DNA from: Candidatus Peregrinibacteria bacterium
GTDB lineage: Bacteria; Patescibacteriota; Gracilibacteria; UBA1369; LOWO2-01-FULL-3
Length of the DNA stretch: 64,000 nucleotides
Assembly: GCA_043810515.1 (NCBI GenBank)
Contig: JBDRNZ010000012.1
Coordinates: 9,474-73,473 of the forward strand
Direction of reading: 5' to 3'
Part shown: piece after piece, positions 30,768-38,967 of the stretch
Numbering within the stretch: the first letter of the stretch is position 1
How the letters are laid out: each line of letters begins with the position of its first letter
Position numbers and translations under genes: made by a program
Notes under the pieces: generated by a model
Databases searched by the model: none
What the model was told of the DNA's origin: nothing
The model's input: only the letters and a program-made list of their open reading frames with translations

Positions 30768-33700
30768 TTAGCTTTTCGCTCCGGTCTCTTCAATTATTTC
30801 CTCCTTAACGTCTTTGCTTATTTCCTCTTCATTTTCGGCGCCCTCTTCCAAAATTTCCTCAGGGTTTTCTACTGCTTCCTCTTTGCCTTTTTCCGAATCC
30901 ATAAGCTTTACTGATAATCCGAGACTTTGCAGTTCTTTTACCAGTACGTTAAAGGATTCAGGGACGCGCGGCTTTTTTATCAGTTCGCCTTTTACGATTG
31001 ATTCATAAGCTTTTGATCTTCCGTAGACGTCATCCGATTTTATAGTGAGCATTTCCTGAAGAGTGTGAGCGGCTCCATATGCTTCCAGCGCCCAAACCTC
31101 CATTTCTCCGAATCTCTGTCCTCCATGCTGGGCTTTTCCTCCGAGCGGCTGCTGCGTGACAAGAGAATACGGACCAACTGATCTTGCATGAATTTTGTCT
31201 TCAACCAGATGGTTTAGTTTTAATATGTACGCGATTCCGACGGTAACTTCGTGGTCGAATGGTTCACCTGTTTTTCCGTCGTAGAGAGTAATTTTTCCGT
31301 TTTCAGGAAGACCGGCTTTTTTCAGCTGGTTTGCGATTTCGTCAGTCGGAACTCCGTTTAGCGGTGGTGTTGCGACTGTGAAGCCTTGTTTTCTTGCAGC
31401 CCAGCCAAGGTGAGTTTCAAGAATCTGTCCGATGTTCATACGGCTTGTTACTCCGAGCGGATTTAAAATTATATCCACCGGTGTTCCGTCCGGAAGGAAT
31501 GGCATATCTTCTTTTGGAACTATGATTGAAATTACTCCTTTGTTTCCGTGTCGGCCCGCGACTTTGTCTCCGATTGATATTTTTCTTGTCTGGGCGACGT
31601 TTACTCTTATCTGTTTAAGTACTCCGGTTTGGAGTTCATCTCCTGTTTCTTTTGTGAATATCTGAATTCCTACAACTTTTCCGCCTTCACCTCCCGGAAG
31701 TTTCAATGAAGTGTCTTTTACGTCTCTTGCCTTGTCTCCGAAGATTGCTCTAAGAAGTCTTTCTTCGGCGGTAAGTTCGGTTTCGCCTTTTGGCGTGATT
31801 TTTCCAACGAGGATGTCGCCTTCGTGGACAGTTGCTCCTATTCTTACTATTCCATCTTCATCGAGATCTTTAAGTTTGTTTTCCCCGACATTTGGAATAT
31901 CGCGGGTTATTATTTCGGAACCAAGTTTTGTCTCTCTCACGTCTACCGTGAAGGTTTCTATGTGGACCGAATCATATGTGCCTTTTCTTGCGAGTTCATC
32001 CGATATAATTACGGCGTCCTCAAAGTTGTAGCCTTCCCATGTCATGTATGCCACCAGTAGATTTTGTCCGAGTGCCAGTTCTCCTTTATCTGTTGCCGGT
32101 CCGTCTGCAAGAACATCTCCTCTTCTTACCTTGTCTCCTTTATTTACTTTTACTCTCTGGTGAATACATGTTCCCTGGTTTGATCTTTCGTATGTCTGTA
32201 GTTCATATCCTACTTTTTTACCGTTTGCATACACCACTATGATTGAATTTGCGTCAACGTACGATACGGTTCCATCCATGTCCGCCACGATTACCTGGCC
32301 CGAACTTTTTGCGGAGATTTCCTCGATACCTGTTCCGACGACCGGAGCTTCCGGCGATATTAAAGATACCGCCTGTCTCTGCATGTTTGATCCCATTGAC
32401 GCACGGGTATTGTCATCGTGCTCAAGGAATGGAATGAGAGCTGTCGTGATTGATATAATCTGTTTTGGTGAAACGTCGATGTGAGTGACATCATTTATAT
32501 GAGCAAGAGTCGGTTCTCCTTTTTTTCTGGCGGAAACTCTTGTGCTTGTAAACTGACCCATTTTGTCAAGTTCCGAGTTTGCCTGTGCAATAACTAATTC
32601 CTGCTCTTCATCCGCGTCAAAATATTTTATCGTGTCAGTGATGTATGGTCTGACTTTTACCTCGTCCAGCTTCAGTTTTGTGATTTTTTTGGCCATGTTT
32701 TCGTCTATGGTCTGTCCGGCTTTTGTGATGATTTTTCCTTTGTCCTCAATGGTTTCACGCGCCGTCCTGCCGACAATATTTTTTATTGAATTCTTAATAA
32801 CATCTGAAACTTCCCTGAAAGGAGTTTCTATAAATCCGTATTCGTTTATTTTTGCGTACGTGGCGAGATGGACAACAAGTCCGATGTTCGGTCCTTCCGG
32901 TGTTGCAATCGGACAGATTCTTCCATAATGGGACTGATGTACGTCGCGGACATCGAATGATGCTCTTTCTCTGGAAAGTCCTCCCGGACCCATCGCGGAC
33001 AACCTTCTTTTGTGCTCGAGTTCGGAGAGGGGATTTGTCTGATCCATGAATTGGGACAATTGTGAGCTTGCGAAAAATTCCCTTAAGGCGGCCGTGATCG
33101 GTCTTGAGTTTATAAGCTGTGTAGGAGTTACTGTTTCCAGGTCCATTACCGTCATTCTGTCTTTTGCGATTCTGTCTGTCCGAAGAAGTCCGACTCTGAA
33201 TTTATTCTGCACCAGTTCGCCGACTGCGCGGATTCTTCTGTTTGAAAGGTGATCTATATCGTCCGCATTGAATTCACCATTATTTAGTCTTACGAGGTGC
33301 TTGAGTATATATACGAAATCCTCCACCTGGAATGTGTGGTATTTTTTGGTATTTGGGGTCTTAAGTTTGAATCTTTTGTTTAATTTATATCGCGCGACTG
33401 GTCCCATGTCGTATTTTCTGTAATCGAAAAACATTGATTTTATCAATGCTTTTGCGTTTTCCGGAGTCGCGAGGTCTCCCGGACGTATTTTTTTGTATAC
33501 ATTCTGGTACGAGTCTTCCACTGTCTTTGAAGGATCTTTTTCGAGAGTATTTAATATATAATCGTGTTCAATGTCAGTTGTTACGTCCTTGAATAAATCC
33601 ATTATTTCTTTGTCGGTTTCGTATCCAAAAACTCTCAGTAGCGAAGTTATGTGTATTTTTCGTTTTCTATCGATTTTTACGGTAATTACACCTTTTTTAT

Positions 33701-34415
33701 CAGTTTCGATTTCCAGCCACGCGCCTCTTTTTGGAATAATTTTTGCTCCGTGCGTTCCGGGTGTTGAGAGGTTTTTTGAGAAAAACACTCCGGGTGATCT
33801 GACGATCTGGCTAACCACGACTCTTTCAATCCCGTTTATTACAAATGTTCCTCGGTTTGTCATCAACGGCACGTTTCCAAGGAATACGTCCTGTTCCTTA
33901 ATTTCACCTGTTTCTTTGTTTATGAGCTGTACGTGAACTTTTAGCGGAACCTCGTATGTAAGATTTTTGGTTTTTGCGTCTTCGGCGTTGTATTTCTGTT
34001 CCCCAAGCGAATGTTCAAGAAAATGCAGTTCCAGTTTTTTCCCGGAAAAGTCCTGTATAGGCGAAATCTCGTCCAAAAGCTCTCTGATGCCCTGATTTAG
34101 AAACCATTCGTATGAATTCAGCTGTATCTCGATAAGATTTGGAATTGGCACACTTTGATCTATTCTTGTTGTGAAATATTTTCTCGGGCTTCTTGAAATG
34201 ATGCTTTCTTTCATTATCGGAATCTGGGAAGGCTTGATCAGCTCCTGTTTCGGGCGGCGGACTATTTTCTTTTTGGAAATAGTCTTTTTCGCGATCGTCT
34301 TTCTTGTGATTGTCTTTTTTGCCGCCGTCTTTTTCGTGGCGGGGGATTTTGATTTAGCTTTTGTGGAATGTTTTTTCGGAGAGGATTTTAAAGTTTTCTT
34401 TTTCGCTTTTGGCAT
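30768..34415 (-). CDS. rpoB: RNA polymerase beta subunit with Lys-rich N-terminal extension
   Basis: SQFMDQTNPLSELEHKRRLS, GDKVAGRHGNKG, GGQRFGEMEVWALEAYG. ATG 34415 preferred over TTG 34430. Confidence 0.98.
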   Translation of the reverse strand: MPKAKKKTLKSSPKKHSTKAKSKSPATKKTAAKKTITRKTIAKKTISKKKIVRRPKQELIKPSQIPIMKESIISRSPRKYFTTRIDQSVPIPNLIEIQLNSYEWFLNQGIRELLDEISPIQDFSGKKLELHFLEHSLGEQKYNAEDAKTKNLTYEVPLKVHVQLINKETGEIKEQDVFLGNVPLMTNRGTFVINGIERVVVSQIVRSPGVFFSKNLSTPGTHGAKIIPKRGAWLEIETDKKGVITVKIDRKRKIHITSLLRVFGYETDKEIMDLFKDVTTDIEHDYILNTLEKDPSKTVEDSYQNVYKKIRPGDLATPENAKALIKSMFFDYRKYDMGPVARYKLNKRFKLKTPNTKKYHTFQVEDFVYILKHLVRLNNGEFNADDIDHLSNRRIRAVGELVQNKFRVGLLRTDRIAKDRMTVMDLETVTPTQLINSRPITAALREFFASSQLSQFMDQTNPLSELEHKRRLSAMGPGGLSRERASFDVRDVHQSHYGRICPIATPEGPNIGLVVHLATYAKINEYGFIETPFREVSDVIKNSIKNIVGRTARETIEDKGKIITKAGQTIDENMAKKITKLKLDEVKVRPYITDTIKYFDADEEQELVIAQANSELDKMGQFTSTRVSARKKGEPTLAHINDVTHIDVSPKQIISITTALIPFLEHDDNTRASMGSNMQRQAVSLISPEAPVVGTGIEEISAKSSGQVIVADMDGTVSYVDANSIIVVYANGKKVGYELQTYERSNQGTCIHQRVKVNKGDKVRRGDVLADGPATDKGELALGQNLLVAYMTWEGYNFEDAVIISDELARKGTYDSVHIETFTVDVRETKLGSEIITRDIPNVGENKLKDLDEDGIVRIGATVHEGDILVGKITPKGETELTAEERLLRAIFGDKARDVKDTSLKLPGGEGGKVVGIQIFTKETGDELQTGVLKQIRVNVAQTRKISIGDKVAGRHGNKGVISIIVPKEDMPFLPDGTPVDIILNPLGVTSRMNIGQILETHLGWAARKQGFTVATPPLNGVPTDEIANQLKKAGLPENGKITLYDGKTGEPFDHEVTVGIAYILKLNHLVEDKIHARSVGPYSLVTQQPLGGKAQHGGQRFGEMEVWALEAYGAAHTLQEMLTIKSDDVYGRSKAYESIVKGELIKKPRVPESFNVLVKELQSLGLSVKLMDSEKGKEEAVENPEEILEEGAENEEEISKDVKEEIIEETGAKS

Positions 34416-34425
34416 ATTGAAAATG

Positions 34426-34503
34426 GTCAAGGAACTTAATGTATAGCCTTTGAAAAAAGGCCTAAACTATCTTCCTTAACTCATCCGGTGTTTTTGATAG
34501 CCT
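34426..34503 (-). ncRNA. Candidate pseudoknotted 5' leader of rpoB
   Basis: AGGCUAUC/GAUAGUUU crossed by GUUAAGGAA/UUCCUUGAC, plus an inner GCCUUU/AAAGGC hairpin. Confidence 0.4.
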
Positions 34504-34507
34504 TCGC

Positions 34508-34535
34508 ATTTTACCCTTCAAGGGTGGGAAGTCAA
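34508..34535 (-). promoter_or_regulatory. Putative sigma70 promoter for rpoB
   Basis: TTGACT-N16-TAAAAT. Confidence 0.6.
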
Positions 34536-34539
34536 GAAT

Positions 34540-35361
34540 TTATTGGAAATTTTTCTGTGTTTCTTCCTGAGTGTCTTCCGGAGTCTCTTTGTTTTCTTCT
34601 TTTGTTTCGATTGCTTCCACGTTTTTGTAGTATTTTTCGTAGTATTTTTTGACATCCTGAAGGTCTTCCACGACTTTGGCGTCCTCACCGGCGTGAAGAT
34701 ATTTTGGAAGGATTTTTATGGAAATTGCGCCGGGATATTTATCCTGTTTCAGCTTTGTAAGAAAGCTTTCCAGCGGCATTATTCCTTCTTTTGGCGGGGC
34801 GTATTTTTTACCTTTATATACATTTGAAAGATGGACGTGCACCAGATATTTTTTAAATGCCGAATATGCTCTCATTAAATCCTGTCTTTTTTCTCCGATT
34901 CTGGCTGTGTCGAGCGATATATGTTTGAATTTTTTGAGTTCCTGAGTGTTTGTCATTGCGTATTCCGGAATGAAGCCGAGAAATGTTCCCGCGGGGGCGT
35001 TTTCAAGAGCAATTGACAGGAATTCTTTTTCGCGGAGGCGCGGAATCTCTTTTTTCAGCCAGCTTGCGAGTTTGAAGTCGAGAAGCTTTGGCGGCTGGAG
35101 AACCAGTACCTTTGCGCCTACTGCTTTTGTCAGATCGACAAGCTCTTTTATTCTCTTTGCGGCAACCTGTTCGGGAGATGATACTGCGTGTATCGGGATA
35201 TCGTATTCTTTTGATAATTTTTTCAGGTATTCCGCGTTTGTGGTATCGAATTGCCCGAAATCAACGCTTAAATCGATGCCGTCGTATCCGGCACTTTTTG
35301 CAAGTTCAAAAATACGATTAATGCCGTATCCTCTCAAAGATTCTGTCCAAAGAAGTATCAT
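34540..35361 (-). CDS. Sugar phosphate isomerase/epimerase-like TIM barrel (AP endonuclease 2 fold)
   Basis: AKSAGYDGIDL, IALEN, SLDT, HVHLSN strand pattern. Confidence 0.75.
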   Translation of the reverse strand: MILLWTESLRGYGINRIFELAKSAGYDGIDLSVDFGQFDTTNAEYLKKLSKEYDIPIHAVSSPEQVAAKRIKELVDLTKAVGAKVLVLQPPKLLDFKLASWLKKEIPRLREKEFLSIALENAPAGTFLGFIPEYAMTNTQELKKFKHISLDTARIGEKRQDLMRAYSAFKKYLVHVHLSNVYKGKKYAPPKEGIMPLESFLTKLKQDKYPGAISIKILPKYLHAGEDAKVVEDLQDVKKYYEKYYKNVEAIETKEENKETPEDTQEETQKNFQ

Positions 35362-35444
35362 GTTTTTGTTTTTAATACTCTGTATATTCTACCATAAGAA
35401 CAGGCGGGGAGCAATAAAGATACGTGATGTTTTCGAGGCCTGTG

Positions 35445-36719
35445 TTATTTCTTCTCTATTTTGGTTCTGCCTCCCATGTATGACTGAAGTATCTCCGGGA
35501 TTAAGACCGATCCGTCTTTCTGCTGGTAATTTTCCAAAATTGTCACGAGAGTGCGGGGGATTGCTACCGCTGTTCCGTTTAGAGTATGGACGTATTCATT
35601 TTTGCCGTTTTCGGCCTTGTACCGTATGCGTGAGCGGCGTGCCTGAAAATCCGTGCAGTTTGAGCAGGATGTTACCTCCCGGTATTTTTCCTGAGTCGGG
35701 ATCCAGGCTTCTATATCGTATTTTTTTGCAGCCGGAGCGCCCAGGTCGCCTCCGCAGATATTTACTACCTGATAATGAAATCCAAGTTCGTGCATTATTT
35801 CCTCCTCGGTTTCACGGATAAATTCGTGCTGAGCTTCAGAGTCCTCAGGTTTGCAGAATATGAACATTTCGATTTTGTCGAATTGGTGAACGCGGATTAT
35901 GCCGGCCGTGTCTTTTCCGTATGAACCGGCTTCTCTTCGGAAACAGCTTGAATATCCACAGTATTTCAGCGGAAGCGAGCTATTTTCGAGAATTTCCGTG
36001 TAATGGAGCATCGTTAGAGGAACTTCCGATGTTCCAACAAGAAAAAGTTTGTCGTCGTTCGGGTTTACTTCATATATTTCGTTTCTGTCCGCGGGAAAAA
36101 ATCCCGTGGCAAACATGGCTTCCTCCTTTACAAGAACCGGCGGGATGACCGGCATAAAGCCTTTTGAGGTAAGCTTGTGGATAACGTGCTGGACTATCGC
36201 AAACTGCAGAAGCACGGCCTCGTTTTTCAGGTAATAAAAACGTGCTCCGGATGTGCGCACACCTCTTTCGATGTCTATAATATCAAGATCTTTTCCGAGC
36301 TGAATGTGATCTTTTGGCGTAAAATCAAACTTCGGTTTTTCGCCGTATGTGCTTACGATCTCGTTGTCCGCCTCGCTTTTGCCATCCGGAACCGAGTCCA
36401 GTGGGGGATTTGGGATTTCAAATGCGAGACTGTCGATTTCCTTTTCCAGCTTTTCAAGTTCTGGCTCGAGGTCTTTGATTTCTTTCTTGATTTTGGAAAG
36501 TTTCTCAAGGAGGCTCTTTTTTTCATCTTCCGTTTTGGCGGTTGCGACTGTTGCGCTCTGTTTGTTTTGTTCCGCTCTCAGACCTTCAGTTTTCTGCAAA
36601 AGTTCGTTTCTTTCATTATATAAGTCTATGAGTTTGTCGATTTGGATTTTGACGTGTTTTTTCGCGGCACCTTCTTTAATGATGCCCGGATTTTCCACTA
36701 TAAATTTTATGTCTATCAT
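35445..36719 (-). CDS. serS: Serine--tRNA ligase
   Basis: N-terminal coiled coil, GTSEVPL, FRREAGSYG, IRVHQFDKIE, EVTSCSNCTDFQARR, HTLNGT. Confidence 0.97.
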   Translation of the reverse strand: MIDIKFIVENPGIIKEGAAKKHVKIQIDKLIDLYNERNELLQKTEGLRAEQNKQSATVATAKTEDEKKSLLEKLSKIKKEIKDLEPELEKLEKEIDSLAFEIPNPPLDSVPDGKSEADNEIVSTYGEKPKFDFTPKDHIQLGKDLDIIDIERGVRTSGARFYYLKNEAVLLQFAIVQHVIHKLTSKGFMPVIPPVLVKEEAMFATGFFPADRNEIYEVNPNDDKLFLVGTSEVPLTMLHYTEILENSSLPLKYCGYSSCFRREAGSYGKDTAGIIRVHQFDKIEMFIFCKPEDSEAQHEFIRETEEEIMHELGFHYQVVNICGGDLGAPAAKKYDIEAWIPTQEKYREVTSCSNCTDFQARRSRIRYKAENGKNEYVHTLNGTAVAIPRTLVTILENYQQKDGSVLIPEILQSYMGGRTKIEKK

Positions 36720-36723
36720 TGTT

Positions 36724-37281
36724 TTAGGCTTTAGATACGTATGTTCCGTCTTCCGTGTTTATTTTTATCGTGTCACCTTCCTTAATAAAGAGAGGGACTT
36801 TGATGGTTTTACCGGTTTCGATTTCGCAATCTTTACTGCCGCCGGTTGCTGTGTCGCCTTTTACACCGGGTGTTGTTGAGATAACTTTGAAATCCATTTT
36901 TGGAGGAAGCTGTACACTTACGGGTTTTCCCTCAATGTGCATTGCGTAGCATTCGGTCCCTTCAAGCAAAAATTTTGTTGAATCGCCGAGGGCTTCTTTA
37001 TCAAGCGAAAACTGATCATAGTTTTCATTGTCCATAAAATGGTAGTTAGCGCCGTCATTATAAAGGTATTGGCATTTTTTTCTTGTCACGTCAGCGAGTT
37101 CCACGGCTTCACCCGATTTGAAAGTGTTTTCGACTGCCTGCCCTGTTTTCAGATTTTTAAGTTTTGTCCTTGTGAATGCGCAGCCTTTTCCCGGATTCAC
37201 AAACTGCGCGCTTATGATCAGCCATGGAGCATTTTTGAACGTTATGGCCATTCCCTGTCTTAAAGTTGTTGTAACCGGCAT
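36724..37281 (-). CDS. efp: Elongation factor P
   Basis: VNPGKGCAF loop (Lys tip), PGVKGDTATG, VPLFIKEGD. Confidence 0.96.
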   Translation of the reverse strand: MPVTTTLRQGMAITFKNAPWLIISAQFVNPGKGCAFTRTKLKNLKTGQAVENTFKSGEAVELADVTRKKCQYLYNDGANYHFMDNENYDQFSLDKEALGDSTKFLLEGTECYAMHIEGKPVSVQLPPKMDFKVISTTPGVKGDTATGGSKDCEIETGKTIKVPLFIKEGDTIKINTEDGTYVSKA

Positions 37282-37282
37282 C

Positions 37283-38281
37283 TTAGTTTTTTATTAATTT
37301 TTTTAGTGGAAACAGCAATACGTCTTCTATGTTGTCCAGATTGAGCAGAATCATAAACAATCTGTCGAGTCCGAGCGCAATTCCCGCGCAGGGATTACTG
37401 ATTGATTCTAGACTAGCTAAAAATTCCCCGTCAATATCAAATACTGTTTTTCCAAGTTTTTTGCGAAGATTTTGTTCTTTTTCAAGCCTGGATTTTTGTT
37501 CGCCTGAATCTGTCAATTCGGAAAAAGCGTTCGCGATTTCTATTCCTCCAATATAAAGTTCAAAACGTTCCGCGAAGAAAGGTTCGTCTTTTTTCTTTTT
37601 TGCAAGCGCCGCCTGAGTTGCCGGATAATCGTACACGAAGACCGGTTTTGGTGTCCCGAGATGCGGTTCTATTTCATTCAGGAAAATTTTGAAAAATACG
37701 TCGTCCCAATCGTCGCATCCAGAAGTCGAATATCCTTTTTCCTCAGCCGCGGATTTTAGTTTTTCGAAGGTCTTGTTTTTAAGAAGGTCTATGTCGCAGA
37801 ATTTTAAAAAAAGCTCGCGGACGGAGATACGTTCCCATGGCTTTTCCAGTCCGATCTTTTGGTTTTGGTACGTGGCGGAGGGGCTTTCTGCGAGATGCTG
37901 CACGAGATTTTCACAATCCGTCATTATGTCTTTGTAATCCGCTTTTTCCCTGTACCATTCGATCATTGTAAATTCCGGATTATGCAGATTTCCGCCGATC
38001 TCACCGTTCCGGAAAACTTTTGTTATCTGGAAAATATTTCCAAAACCTGCGCCGAGCAGTTTTTTCATCTGAAGTTCGGGCGAAGTGTTCAGATAGAGCT
38101 TATGGCGGGAATTTTGCGGAGTGGAGAGCGTGGTTTCGAAAGGCGTGAGGTGAGGTTCCATTCCGGGGATAGGGGTCATTATCGGGGTTTCGACTTCAAG
38201 AAATCCGGAGGTCGTAAAAAAATCCCTGGTTTTCTGGGTAAGCACGCTGCGTTTTTTTGCGATCAGTCTGTCATATATCAT
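37283..38281 (-). CDS. epmA: EF-P lysine aminoacylase EpmA (GenX/PoxA)
   Basis: LysRS-like catalytic core without anticodon domain: FLEVETP, YLNTSPELQMKKLL, HNPEFTMIEWYR, ERFELY, GIALGLDRL; adjacent to efp. Confidence 0.93.
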   Translation of the reverse strand: MIYDRLIAKKRSVLTQKTRDFFTTSGFLEVETPIMTPIPGMEPHLTPFETTLSTPQNSRHKLYLNTSPELQMKKLLGAGFGNIFQITKVFRNGEIGGNLHNPEFTMIEWYREKADYKDIMTDCENLVQHLAESPSATYQNQKIGLEKPWERISVRELFLKFCDIDLLKNKTFEKLKSAAEEKGYSTSGCDDWDDVFFKIFLNEIEPHLGTPKPVFVYDYPATQAALAKKKKDEPFFAERFELYIGGIEIANAFSELTDSGEQKSRLEKEQNLRKKLGKTVFDIDGEFLASLESISNPCAGIALGLDRLFMILLNLDNIEDVLLFPLKKLIKN

Positions 38282-38967
38282 GGCTCGAAGCTGTATTTTT
38301 TGATGTTCTTGTAGAAGTTTTTTCCCTCTTTTTTGAAAATCCGATAAGTGCTGATAATTAGCTTTATCGCTTCTTTATTGTTTTTTGCGATGTGGACATG
38401 TTTCATGTCGTGGGGGCTTATCAGTCCACGCTTTAGCGGATATTTTCTAACCCATTCTATAAGTTTTTCCCACATTTTTCCTGTGAGAATTATCGGGATG
38501 GGATGAATGTGTTTTACCTGAATTAGCTGCCATGTATAGAAAAATTCCAGGCATGTTCCGATTCCTCCCGGCACTATTACGACTGCGCTGGAGAGTGCCA
38601 TGAAATTGTCGAGTCTTTTTGAAAATCTTTTAAAGCGTTTTTGCATTTCGAGGTAAGCGTTGTTTGGGGCAGTCCATGGAAGTTCTATTATCAGGCCGAT
38701 TGAATCCGCAATGTTATTGGCGTCTCCGGCTTCATGTCCTGCATTTGCCGCTTCCATCAGGCCGGGGCCACCTCCTGTCACAAGATCTATTCCGTTTTTT
38801 CCTATTTCTTTTGCCAGACTGTAAACCTGTCTGTAGGTTTTGTCGTTTTTATTTATGCGGGCCGATCCGAAGATTGCTACGCGAAACTCGTTTCTTTTTA
38901 ATTCCTGGGACAAACGTTTTGAATGATTTTTTTTTATTAACATATGTGCATTTAAAGTTTGAGGCAT
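38278..38967 (-). CDS. LOG-family Rossmann-fold nucleotide phosphoribohydrolase
   Basis: VAIFGSAR, TGGGPGLMEAAN, PGGIGTCLE. Confidence 0.9.
   Translation of the reverse strand: MPQTLNAHMLIKKNHSKRLSQELKRNEFRVAIFGSARINKNDKTYRQVYSLAKEIGKNGIDLVTGGGPGLMEAANAGHEAGDANNIADSIGLIIELPWTAPNNAYLEMQKRFKRFSKRLDNFMALSSAVVIVPGGIGTCLEFFYTWQLIQVKHIHPIPIILTGKMWEKLIEWVRKYPLKRGLISPHDMKHVHIAKNNKEAIKLIISTYRIFKKEGKNFYKNIKKYSFEP

Noticed and set aside
34946-35821. 291-aa plus-strand ORF spanning the TIM-barrel gene and serS
   Set aside because: Antisense to two well-supported genes, with a non-ATG start and no protein-like motif.
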